A DNA stretch of 64,000 nucleotides from Schmidtea polychroa (taxonomy: Eukaryota), in assembly GCA_044892525.1 (NCBI GenBank), contig CM097885.1, positions 37,574,001 to 37,638,000 on the forward strand, in the 5' to 3' direction. Position 1 is the first letter of the stretch. Every line of letters starts with the position of its first letter. Shown piece by piece: positions 36,394 through 48,369 of the stretch. The notes below the pieces were generated by a model. It saw only the letters and a list, made by a program, of their open reading frames with translations, did not search any database and was not told the origin of the DNA. The position numbers and the translations under genes are program-made.

Positions 36394-36831
36394 ATGTTAG
36401 CAAATATAAATTATCGAGGAAATTTTGATGTATCGAATATGAGGTTCCCTCCAGGGAAACCCCAGCAAATTATCGATAGAAGCGGGAAATATCCGATAAT
36501 ATTTTTCAAGACTGGTAAATGCAGAATCATGGGATGTAAGAAACCCTTGGATATTAATAAATTACAATATCGAATAAATAATATTATAATCCAATCAATT
36601 ACCGTTACTATGGATATGGGACATAGTATCAATCTATATAACATGTCGAAAAAATGTGATTGTATGTTTGAACCGGAATTGTTTCCGGCACTAAAACTAT
36701 TAAAATATAACCCTATATGTGTCAACGTGTTTGCTAGTGGAAAGGTTGTCATGTTGGGGTTGAGAAATTTGGAGTATAGAGAATTTGTTGACAATGTTCG
36801 AAATGAGATAATTTCATTGGTCGATTTCTAA
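36394..36831 (+). CDS. Compact TATA-binding protein (TBP)-like protein
   Basis: Two TBP half-repeats: IIFFKTGKCRIMGCK (cf. LIFSSGKMVCTGAK) and FEPELFPAL..VNVFASGKVVMLG (cf. YEPELFPGL..LIFVSGKVVLTG). TATATAAA about 30 nt upstream. Confidence 0.85.
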   Translation: MLANINYRGNFDVSNMRFPPGKPQQIIDRSGKYPIIFFKTGKCRIMGCKKPLDINKLQYRINNIIIQSITVTMDMGHSINLYNMSKKCDCMFEPELFPALKLLKYNPICVNVFASGKVVMLGLRNLEYREFVDNVRNEIISLVDF

Positions 36832-36903
36832 TTGGTTAATTTCTAATTGGTTATTGATTGATTTAAACAAACGGTTTTTTGTTTAGGATTCATTTATTTC
36901 ACT

Positions 36904-37321
36904 ATGTACAAAATTCCGAGCGCCGCGAATCTCATGAAAGAAATAGATGATTATGGTAAATTTAAAATTTTTATTTTCACATTTTTTTATATTTATTATT
37001 TTAGAAAAATATTTAGAAGTCATGATCAATAGGATAAAATATTATTATCCGCAAATTGCTGAAGTAATCAAGGATCGGGAACCGGAAATCATCCCTGATT
37101 TGATTTTTTATTCAACCCAAATAAGAATCATGGAGGTATTTCACATATTTTTATGGGATGTGAAAATCAACAGAACTATGAAGCAAATGGAGCCGGAATA
37201 CCAATGCATCATCGGATGCTCATGCTGTGCCGATCGATATCGGCGATATGTCGAATGGGAGTTAGTGAAAACTCTGCGAAGGTTTCACTACTCCCGGATT
37301 GTTGATTTAGGTTATGAATAA
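36904..37321 (+). CDS. Hypothetical 2-exon protein with Cys cluster (intron 36956-37004)
   Basis: MYKIPSAANLMKEIDDY|EKYLEVM... spliced in frame over a 49-nt GT-AG intron; CIIGCSCC; AATAAA at the stop. Confidence 0.65.
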
Positions 37322-37665
37322 ATGTATTTTTGTATCTGTTGTTTTTTTTTATTTTATATTTGAAATAGTAATAAATAATAATAGTAATAATAATAATAAT
37401 AGTAATAGAAATAATAGAAATATGAATAGTAATAATAATAATAATAATAGAAATAATAGAAATATGAATAGTAATAATAATAGTAATAATAGAAATATGA
37501 ATAGTAATAATAATAGAAATAATATAAATAATAATAGTAATAATAAAACATTAATAGAACATAAATGCAGCATTAATGCAAAGACATGCTATAATCTGAT
37601 TGGTTGATAGGCATGAGTCAAAGGTATAAAAACCCTGTAACATTTCAATTTCATCATTATTCACT

Positions 37666-38076
37666 ATGACCAAGAAAATTTCATGCACCGAAAAACCTAA
37701 AGAAATGGTACAACCAGTTCAAATGTTCCATAACTACAAAATGTATTTTTTGAAAGAAGAAATCAATATGAAATTGGTTGCACCAGTCAAGCTAATTCCA
37801 ACTAAATTTCAATTCTTATCCGGCACGCTTTCAATGATCGATGTCAAAACTATTGATGATGTTTTTAAACGGATAGATTCGAATCTATCATGTAATCAAC
37901 ATGCATGGTTCAACAATAGATATGCAAGATTTTATGATGCTTTTGATGAAATCAGTTTCAAAGAAAATGAAAATTGGTATATAACAATTGTAATCCAGGG
38001 ATATAAAGTTGATAATAATGATGTATATTCTCCTAATTGGAAAATTATGTCTGCTAGACTTTCACAAATATTTTAA
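37666..38076 (+). CDS. Hypothetical protein (136 aa), possibly OB-fold/ssDNA-binding
   Basis: ATG ORF with upstream ATTGG and TATAAAA and downstream AATAAA. The function guess rests only on an aromatic beta-rich C-terminus. Confidence 0.6.
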   Translation: MTKKISCTEKPKEMVQPVQMFHNYKMYFLKEEINMKLVAPVKLIPTKFQFLSGTLSMIDVKTIDDVFKRIDSNLSCNQHAWFNNRYARFYDAFDEISFKENENWYITIVIQGYKVDNNDVYSPNWKIMSARLSQIF

Positions 38077-38202
38077 TGTTATATTAAATAAATGTATTAG
38101 TCAGATTTGTTTTTCTATTTATTAATTGCAACATAAATGCAAATGACATGCAAATTTAACAAAGAAAATCTATAAACAAACTTAAAATATAGCTTTAAAG
38201 TG

Positions 38203-38621
38203 ATGAAAATGACTGCAGAAAAAGGTTAACATGATTTATTAATTACCGAATTATTTATTATTTAGAATTTTTAATCAACTTTTTGTTGGAAAAGTTAGCA
38301 GAAATATCTGGTGTGAAAATTGAGGACATATTATCTATTACAAATGCCTTAAATATTGGCTGGATAGTTGAGAGTCAAGATACAGGATTTGATGATGAGG
38401 AAGAAACTCAAGAAATTGATGAGGAAGAAACTCAAGAAATTGATGAGGAAATCTATGAACCTATAGATGAACCTATAGAGGAACCTATAGAGGAACCTAT
38501 AGAGGAACCTATAGAGGAACCTAAAGATGAATCTAAAGATAATATTACGAATGATTGTATTGATCATGTCGTTGAAAATATAATGAAATGTGGAGATGAC
38601 GACTACGAATGTGTTAATTAA
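38203..38621 (+). CDS. Hypothetical 2-exon acidic protein with EETQEID and EPIE repeats (intron 38225-38265)
   Basis: MKMTAEK|EFLINFLLEKLA... spliced in frame over a 41-nt GT-AG intron; AATAAA after the stop. Confidence 0.65.
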
Positions 38622-38702
38622 TAAATCTTAGTTAATTAGTGTTTGTAAATTTATTTAAAATTTTATTTTAAAAAAAATCAAACAAAATAACTATATTAAT
38701 TT

Positions 38703-39127
38703 TTATTTAAAAAATCGCGATAAAGCATACAAAATAGCAACACCTGTTGCAAGTTTTATATAGTTTTTAAATTTTCTTTTCTGATCATCTATTTCCTTCG
38801 CATTTCTGGCGAGGTGATTCAGTACGCCCCATCCGCCATTGGCTTCAATCCATGGTTGAAACTTTGACTTGATTATCTAGAAAATATATATTAATAAAAT
38901 ATAGATTATAAAAGTATTACTTCTTGAGACCACTGATAATAATGTTCAGAGTCCCATAGACTTCTTTCGATTATGATCTTCATGTAAGCGAACCCTACTA
39001 GTATTCGGGTCCACTTCATCTCATCGTCGCATAGACAGTTAAAAATCCTATTAAAATAGAATTTTTTAGTTTCGATAATATTCTTGTTAACGAGTTCGCT
39101 TAAAAGATTTTCCATAAAATGAGACAT
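38703..39127 (-). CDS. Bcl-2 family protein (126 aa, 2 exons, intron 38877-38920)
   Basis: Exon 1 has BH1-like DEMKWTRILVGFAY. Exon 2 (IIKSKFQPWIEANGGWGVL...YIKLATGVAILYALSRFFK*) has BH2 WIxxNGGW and a tail anchor. A 44-nt phase-0 GT..TTTTCTAG intron joins them in frame. Confidence 0.85.
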
Positions 39128-39250
39128 TTTTACAATAATTTAAAATATGATGTTTTATTTATACTAATACTGTATGATTTTGATTGGTTGATAGACTATA
39201 AATGTAAAAGAAAGGTTTTGATTTGATACACCAGGAAAACTATATTCATA

Positions 39251-39733
39251 TTGCTAATTATTATAACGAGTGTGTGCTCACACAATACAACAATAACAGT
39301 GGAGTCTTTTAATAAATCAATATGTGTTTGTCCGAATACAGCCAAGTTGATGGATATTTTATATATTCTCTACAAACCAAAATGGTCAAAGCATCCAGGA
39401 AAAAGAATATCTCAAAGATTGGAGAATTTAGAAAACAGTTATGAACTATCATTTGAATATATACAAAATATAAAAATTAAATTGATTGATCATATTGAGG
39501 TTTTCAATAACTCTATTGTTGAAAATAAAAAGAATATGAAAATTATTGATAAGAAGCATGATTATTTGTTAAAAAAGATTGAATTATTATTAACAGAAAT
39601 TCAAACAATCAAAGGATCAATAGAATATCTGAAAATCAATTCAACGTTACCAATTTCTAACAATATTGCTGCGAATAGTAGTACATCAATATTTAGTTTA
39701 CCTTTGTTAATTTTACATTATATTATTGTTTAA
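39251..39733 (+). CDS. Hypothetical coiled-coil protein with hydrophobic N- and C-termini; start uncertain
   Basis: Open frame with heptad-like middle and hydrophobic C-terminal end; upstream ATTGG and TATA, downstream AATAAA. No ATG before the hydrophobic N-terminus, so possibly decayed. Confidence 0.5.
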   Translation: MLIIITSVCSHNTTITVESFNKSICVCPNTAKLMDILYILYKPKWSKHPGKRISQRLENLENSYELSFEYIQNIKIKLIDHIEVFNNSIVENKKNMKIIDKKHDYLLKKIELLLTEIQTIKGSIEYLKINSTLPISNNIAANSSTSIFSLPLLILHYIIV

Positions 39734-39884
39734 ATAAATGTATGTTTTGTTGATTTGTTGATTTGTGAGTTGTTGAGCGTGACCAGTACCCTTGTGAGCA
39801 TTACCCATAGGGGGACAAAATATTTTGTCGGATAGACTCGGAGGATATAGACTCGGTGTATATAGATTAATACTAATAATAATC

Positions 39885-39921
<37 letters not shown>

Positions 39922-40046
39922 GATATATAGCTCATTCGAAAGGTCTTGGATTAAGCTTTAAAATGAGCTATCGATAATTAATTTTCGTTGACGGGAACTT
40001 CGAATAAATTAAAAATAAAATAATAATATTTTTTAAAAATAATAAT

Positions 40047-40360
40047 ATGACCTTGATGACTCATCGCAATGACTCATATGACCTTGGATGAGTCATGCGA
40101 CCTTGAAAATGACCTTGATGAGTCATAGGATGACTCAGGTGACCTTGAAAATTTTTATGAGTCATGGTATGAGTCATATGCCCTTGAGAATGACCTTGAA
40201 TGAGTCATACGACCTTGAAAACGACCTTGATGAGTCACAGGATGAGTCATGGTCCTTGTTTAAATGACCTTGAGAAATTTGATGAGTCATAGGATGAGTC
40301 ACGGTCTTTGTTTCAATGACCTTGATGAGTCATATGTCTTTGTTTAAATTTGACCTTGAA
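40047..40360. promoter_or_regulatory. Subterminal array of TGA(C/G)TCA and (T)GACCTTG motifs
   Basis: About 13 TGASTCA and about 11 GACCTTG copies in ~310 bp, counted by eye. Regulatory role inferred. Confidence 0.6.
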
Positions 40361-41955
40361 AAAAAATGTACTTTTAGACTTAGAATTTTTTAAAAATTTT
40401 ACGACCGGGGGAGGGAGAGGTACTGTGCTAGCGGTGCCCTGTGCCAGCGGTGCCCAATCCATCTACTTTAGTATATTATTTAAATTTAAGAAATCACTTG
40501 AAGATACTATGAAAAGAGAGATAAAGTTGACAGAAATAAGTAATAAGATTCAAACCCTTTCATGGAATATAGAGGAAACAATATATATTATGGTAAAAAT
40601 TAAAGATTAAAAGAAGAATATATATCACTAGAGAGTTAGGCTTCCACTGAGAATGAGAATAATTCTCATATTATTAGCTACCATGAATTTCATATAATAA
40701 TAACGTCCATAAAATAACAATTTTCCAATAATTTATTTCAAAACAACACTATATATTTGCAATATTATTTAAACACACAATATATTTGAGGAAGTGTTTA
40801 ATTAATATATTGATTAATTAATATTGAGTAATATATTTTAATTAATATATTGAAAATTAAACTTAATTTTGGTGGGTCTTGTTGTTTTTCTACAAATTAT
40901 TTAATAACCAATCACAATTCTCTCGATTTTTTTAGGGTTCAATAAAAAACTGTCAATGTAATTTTGCATGGAAAGAATTCTGTTGCACAAAACGCAATTT
41001 CTTTAAAACAATTTATTGGAAAAGAAGATTTTCCTTATCTGAGAACATATTTTTTGCAAGCTTAAAGTAATATAAATACATTTTCCTTAAAACTTCGCCT
41101 AAATCTGGCATAGATTCAAGTTTAGTTTACTATTTTATTGAAAAAAAATATAAAATTTCATATCTGCCTGTAACAGAAATCATTTCACTCCAATTAATCA
41201 ATAAATCTCACAGGAAAATATCTTTCATCAAATGTCTTCAAAAAAAATTTCATGGAAAATCTTATCTAAGCTCAGCCGGACTCCCTGTAAAAAATAATTT
41301 CACCTAAATTGAGATGAAAAAATTGAAATGAAAATTTATAAATAACCTAAATTGAATTTCTTATCTAACAATAATCGAGATTTGTTTGTTTTACTTATCT
41401 TCACCATTCAGAATCCAAGTTTTTTTCGCCAAATAAATTTTCTACAAATAAAATAAATTCGATAAGTGAATTAGAGAATCAATTAGCATTTTATGAGAAT
41501 TCAATAAACATTTGACATTCAACAAATAAAAGTCAAAATATAGCACGGTTTAATTGATATAATTAATAATTGCAAAATTTCTCAATTAAATTACAACATG
41601 TAAACAATGCCGCTCACAAAACATATAAGTAGTGGGATTTTATAAGCGCTAGAACAAGACATTTGATAACAATCTTTGTTTAAATAAACCGAAACCAAAA
41701 CATGTAATCAAACAATAAATAAGCAGCAATTTCTCGACATTTGTTACATGTTATTTTTCGGCTGTAATTGAGAAATCATTCAACTTGTCATACGATTTCA
41801 TTGGGAATCTCTAGGTCAATATTTTAGTATGAAAGATATTCTAAATTTAAAGTTTTGGAATTTACCAGTATTTTATCTAAATTGTCAAATTTTCATTCAA
41901 ATTCTCTACATGACAACTAATAACTAAATGCCCAACGGTAAAGGTTATTTATATC

Positions 41956-44900
41956 CAGTGGTGATATTCAGCCGGTACGGGGCGGTACGCTCGTACCGGT
42001 TGTTAACATTTTTAAAATTTTCCGTACCGGTTGTTGTATATTAAAAAAAAGTATGTTTTTAAGTAAAAGTATGTAAAAGTAAAAGTATTGATAAAAACAT
42101 TCTAAATTACTAAAAAAATATAAATATTTATCTGCCATTATCGATCAAATACAAAAAATCTTACAATAATATAAAAATTTGGGATTTAAAATTTTTTTCG
42201 GTTTTAGTAAAAAAAAATCTACTTAAAACTGTCTAATTTGAATTTTAGTACTTTTAATTTCCACTACAATCTAAGAGATGGCATTGAATTATAGAACAAA
42301 ATTTATGGAATTGAAAAATTCCTACTGGGCATGTGTAAAGTTGCATTTTAATAGGTGGTTTCACCGCGTAACCACTAAGCTTGAAAGGGTTAACGGAAAA
42401 TTCTGTAAAAAAAAATATTTTTCTTTTAATAAAAAGGGAATTTCCCTTTTTGAATACATTTTTATTTTGATATATTTACTCTAAATAAAAAGTTTAATAG
42501 TATAAATATTTTTATGGTGAATGGTTATCCCTTACTTTTAATCTCTATTAAATTCAGTTTTAACGTGCAAGTATGAAGATTTTAAATTGATTTAAATTTC
42601 TAATTAATTATTAATTAATTATTAAATATTTTCTTTGTTTCAACCTAAGAATGAAAAGGCAAGGTAATTTGGATGACTTTTTTAGCAAATCTATAAAAAT
42701 AACCAAAAACCCTGAACAGCAAGCTGAGAATATTACTAATTCTAATCAAACAAAACAGGTAAAAGAAAAAAATGATACTTCTGAAGTTCAACACCAATCG
42801 GAAAAAGCTGGAACGTCTCGTGATGCTGCGTTATTACATTTTTGGAATGATAAACAACTAAATTATTTTAAAACTAAATACGAGTGGCTTATTGTTGTTA
42901 GCGATGAAAATGTGGGATGTCAGTGGTGTTCGAAAGTAGAATCGTTAAATTTAGAAACTGCTAAACATTTACACATTTCTGTGGAGTGAAAATCATGTTC
43001 TGTCAAAGCTCATGGCTCGAACAAAGAAAATTTACAATCATCAATGAGAAAAAAATTGAAGGAACACAATGAATCAGCTTCACATAAAAAAGCTGGGGAA
43101 ATAATAAAAATTGGTGAAACAAATATAATTTCCAAATCTTTCGATGTGGCTAATGAAAAGTATTTAAACAGCACAGTAAACATTTTTAATACTATCTATT
43201 TCATAATTAAAAACAATTACCCATTCAGTGATTTTAAAAAATTAATTGATTTACAGAAAAAAAATAATGTAGATTTTGGATTTTCATTACATTCCAGATT
43301 TATAGTTCCACTTGTCGCAAAGCTTATATCTACAGAAATAAGAAGAATTATTTTTGGAAAACTGATAAATACAAGTTGTAAAATTTCAATTATTATTGAT
43401 GAAGCCTCAACTGTTTCACACAAAAGCGTTTTAGTAGTTTATTTGAAATCTGAAATTCAAGATTCCGATGATAGTGTAACAGTTTTTATTGATCTTGTCG
43501 AATTAGAAGGAACAACATCAGAAATAATTTTTAAAATCTTAATATCAGTTCTTGAAAAACATGGTTTTAATGAAAAATATTTACATGAAAATCTTATTGG
43601 ATTTTGCTCAGACGGTGCTAGTGTAATGTTAGGAAAAAAGGCTGGAGTTTCTGCAAGAATTTTAGAACATTTTCCAGGTATTAGCATCTGTCACTGTTTA
43701 GCTCATCGTATTCAGTTAACTCTAGATGATGTTATCAAAGAAGTAAATGAAGTAAATAACTTTAGATATTTTCTCGATAAACTTTATTCGTATTATCATA
43801 CTTCAAATAAACATCAACGAGAATTAAATAATGTTTCTAAAGAACTTGGCACTGAAGTACACAAAATAGGTAGAATATTTGGTCCTCGATGGGCAACCTG
43901 TAGCGCTAGGACCGCCAAAGCAGTTTGGAAATCATATCAGGCCTTATATATTCATTTTAGTCAAAATAAAGAAATTGGAATAATGTCATATTTCAAAAAT
44001 GAAAACTTTTTAAAAGATTTAGGTTTAATAAACGACATATTAGAAGAAATTTCTGTACTGTCTACAGCTTTACAAGAAAGAGATATTTCATTAATTAGAG
44101 CTGATAGATTGATAAGGCGAACGATAAATCTATTCCAACATTTAAAATTAAATAAAGGAACATATGAAAAAGAACCAGATGATATTATTAAAACGAAAAA
44201 ATACAATATTCCATTTGAAATTAATAGAAAAAAAACATCAATTGTTGTTTCGAGAGATAAATTTTTTGATTGTTTAGAAAAACATATGAAAACGCGTTTG
44301 CTATTAGACGATAAAAATGAAAACTATAATAATCTCTTAAATTGCTTTAATTTATTAAATCCAGAAACATGGCCGGGTGATATTTTTGAAGCACCATGGA
44401 TTGAAGGTGAAAATAGGTTAGAGCAGTTAAATAAAATAATCAAATACATCATTCCAGTAAATGATTTTCGAGATTTTGTTGATGTGCGAGATAGAGAATC
44501 TAAAAATATTAATACTATTTTGAGAGCAAAAAGAATTTTAAATGTAATTGCTGTTAATTCCGCAGAAGCTGAAAGAGGACTCAGCACAATGAACAATATC
44601 ATTTATGATAAGAGAAATTCGTTGTTAATTGAATCAACAAGTCATTTAATGACAATAAATTTAATGGGAAAATCGATTGAGGATTTTGATGCAACACCAT
44701 ATGTTAAATTATGGTTGCGAGAAGGGCATCATATGGCAAGTGACAAACGTGTCAAAGCAGCCGCACCTAATTTGCCGTCCCAAAACCAAAATTTAATTTG
44801 GAAATTATTTAATTAATTTTATATACTATTTTTTATACTATTATATATAATATATGTATTTCTTATGTAAATATGTAAATAAATAACTATTATGAAGTAA

Positions 44901-44965
44901 ATATAACCTACAATAGATTTATTTCCATGCGTACCGGTTGTTAAAAAATTCGAATATCACCACTG
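41956..44965 (+). mobile_element. hAT DNA transposon (ZNF862/KIAA1586-like transposase)
   Basis: TIRs CAGTGGTGATATTC / GAATATCACCACTG; 8-bp TSD TTTATATC at 41948-41955 and 44966-44973; subterminal GTACCGGTTGTT repeats. Confidence 0.95.
42651..44816 (+). pseudogene. hAT transposase with one in-frame TGA at 42987
   Basis: ORFs 42651-42989 and 43044-44816 are in the same frame; IDEAST, SDGASVM, HCLAH, PRW, SAEAERG. Confidence 0.88.
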
Positions 44966-45299
44966 TTTATATCAATATAAAGTTTTGTATTTTCATTAGT
45001 TAATACATGATACTTGTTTACAAATGTCAAACCACCACTAATTTCTCCTTCATATTTAATTTCTCGTATTAACTCAATAGACTTATCTGAGCTTATCTGA
45101 AAGGATGACCATAGTAATCCCGGAATACCGAAGAAAGTCAATGATTTTGATCTGTTATGATCAATTGATTTGGCTCAAAATTTCTGAAAAAGTCAAAAAG
45201 TAAATATTGTGTCATATTAAAAATATAAATTAATATCACATGACTCATGTTTAAACAAATAATTTTTTTTGGCCCGCGCTTAAATCGAAATTGGACCAT

Positions 45300-46635
45300 A
45301 TGAATATGAATATGAACCAAACGAATATAATGCCGGAAGTGTTTAGATGAAGTAATGGTTGTATTGCAAGATGAAGAAAATGCAGAAGATACCAGACGCC
45401 AGCGTACCTTGCTAAACTTTAAGTGTTACAATTTAAAATAAAAATTTTTTAATTTTGCTGCACCATGGAAATAAGTGATAGAGCAAACATTAAAAAATGG
45501 TTGGAAGAATTTGTTTGATGGTATAAATGCAGACATAGATTTAGAAGGGTTGATTTCTGTAGAACAATACATAATAATGCCAGAGAAGAAGTAACTGAGG
45601 AAGATGTTTTACAATTGCTAGAAGTAGATGAAGGTGACCCTGGGTATAATATCATGACTGAAAGTGAAATAGCATATGAAGTTAAGAACCTAAAAAATGA
45701 GGATGGAAGGAAGATAGCAAAAAATAAGAAACAACACTGCCACAAATCAAGTTATCAATGATAAGATCCCATCTCGACGATCTAATTACATTTATTGACT
45801 ATTAGCCAGATAACGAAGTTCAACTATATTATACGCATTTTCGTAATTTTAGAGAGTTGATTATAAAAAAACAGCAAGCTTCAAAAGTACATTAAAACTT
45901 GATTCCTTTTACCACGTTTTTCTTAACTTGCTTTCTTGTATGTTCATGTCAAATCTTTTGACCGAATTTTGAAGCACTTCCCATAATCCAATTTCGCTGA
46001 AATTTTGTATACATGCTTATTTTCGATGACAACATAATATTTTAATACTTTTGAAAAATATCAATGCGTTGCGTTATACGTGCGCGTTTGACGCAGAACG
46101 TATTTTTTCTCTTAGATTACTACTTATGATGCAATTTTCAGTGGTACAATGCATTGATGGAATTTAAAACTAAGTATAACATTTTGAAGTTTTGAAATAT
46201 ATCAATGCGTTACGTCATACGTGCGTTTTTGACGCAGAACATCTTTTTTCTCTAAGATCGCGACTTCTGATACATTTTTCAGTTGTGCAATACATAGATA
46301 GAATTTAAAATTAAGTATAATATCATTTTAAAAACTTGAAAAATATATATTCGTTACGTCATACGTGCGTTTTATATCATTCAAAGTTTTATATTATTCA
46401 AAGCAGGATTACCGAATGCAAGCGCGTCGATATCAAACAGCAGCGTCACTTCACAAGGAGTGTACGAAGACAATTAAAATGTTTGTGTTTTATATTTTAT
46501 TTACATCTAAATACAATGTAAATATTTTCATAAAGAATTTTTTTGATTTATTTTAAACCTATTTTTACATAACGGACTTTCGGCATTAATGGACCCCCAC
46601 TCCTCCAATTACTCCGTTATATTCAGGTTTTACTG
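45300..46635 (+). mobile_element. Decayed pogo/Tigger-like element 3' part, probably with an unrelated insert at about 45940-46480
   Basis: Tigger-like C-terminal remnant (EEDVLQLLEVDEGDPGYNIMTESEI) and terminus ...GGTTTTACTG followed by TA. Confidence 0.5.
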
Positions 46636-48369
46636 TAGTCTCATATTAGTTTAATTTAATCAGAATATATAAAAATTCTTAGGTTTTGAATATTTTAATT
46701 TTAAATTATTAAATAAATTTTAAATTAAAATAATTATTTTGATGAGGTCAACTATTATAAATTGTTTCAAATAATATATATTATTTTTTGTTGAAGTCTT
46801 CATTTGTTAGCATTAATTTGTTTATGAAGTAAATGAATAATGAATCTTTGAAATAAAATTCTTTTCTGGTAAATCATTGAAAGCACTTTGTAGATGGGGC
46901 TGTAGCAAATCGAATGAGCTATAAAACTTTGAAATCCACCGAGTAGTTTTTGAAGAAATCTTTTAAAAACTCTTTGTTAAGCAGTAGAAAAGATTTGTAT
47001 AAGAAGTATCTGCAAATTGAATGAGCTATACAATTTTAAATACGATCGACTAGATTTATGTGATATCAAAAAAAGTAAAAAACACTTTAAGAACAGGTAT
47101 TGAAAATGTTCAATAGCCCCGTCCTGACAAGTGGATTTGTTTCATGGAGGAGGTTGTTTCCTTTCATGAGGCTGACTCAGTACATACTTCTGCTTTCATA
47201 TTTTCTTTGGTTTTTTTCTATGTCTTATAAATGGAACATTTTCGTAATGCTTTATGATTTGCATGGCACTTATTTAAAATCTTAAATACATTGTATTTTT
47301 CGATTTGAACTGTATTACATGAATTACTAATTTAAGTATATAACAATGTTATATTTTAATATAATCAGTTGGCGATTTTCAATTAATAAAACTCCAGCTT
47401 CTAACTTTGATTATTTATAATAATAATAATACTTTTTCACAACAATAAAAATAAGATTACACATTAAAATAGTCTAAAAGATACTTTACATAACAAACAC
47501 TAAAATGAAAATGCCACAATTAAGAACATTTGTCGAAGGATATATTGATTATTTCTTTCGTATGGAAAATATGGATCATCACTAACAATAAATATAACAA
47601 AGTATTGGTGAAATAAATTTATGTTATAAAAATTACTGTTACTCAGATATGTCTACGAATTTTTGTAAATAAATTAATAAAATCTTTCTCTTTATTTGTT
47701 AACTAATATAAATCATCAATAATTATAACTTCACCTTTAACGTAATCTAGATGTCAAATATTTATCAAACCCCTTTATTATACTCATTTTTAATTTACAA
47801 AACTTAATTTGTGTTATATTATACTCAGCATCAGGTTCCCTTACATTATATTTTATTAAATTTTTATCTGAAAATATTTAATTGTAATAATTTACAAAAA
47901 ATTAAGTCTTTCCACTACCAATAGAACCCATAATTTGATAAACGGCGTCATTTCTTAATTCCTAACCCTTAATTAATATCATTTTATTAATATTATTGAT
48001 TTAATTTATTTATTTTAATTTCTTATATAAAAATTATTTAAATTTTAGTACATGACTTCATTAAAATATGGAGTTCAAAGGTCAAGTATTACATAATATA
48101 TTCAAAGGTCAATATATATGTTATATAATACTGTGTATCCTGGGATATTTGGCTTGGTTTCTACTCCTCATTTGTCACTACTTACATTAATTATTGATTG
48201 TTTACCTATTAGTAATTTATGTATGAGAATATATTTATGTCTTAATTCTGTTCATTCAACAATATTTTCAATAATTTTCTATATACTATCATCAAGAAAA
48301 ATACAAGTCATGGGGTAACACGATTCAATATACAAAGTAGTTTGATATCCTAATGATAATGAAATGCTC

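Larger units (their letters stand above)
41700..45260 (-). pseudogene. polB: Third, heavily decayed pPolB relic, split by a hAT at motif A
   Basis: Right flank reads FFGIPGLLWSS..GGLTFVNKYHV..LYIDIN; left flank continues DINNLYRWAFSY*LSCREF..DKLNDFSITAEK..VEKLLL. Confidence 0.85.

Noticed and set aside
36411..36794. Antisense ORFs here and over pPolB, the transposases and the integrase
   Set aside because: Shadows of genuine genes on the opposite strand.
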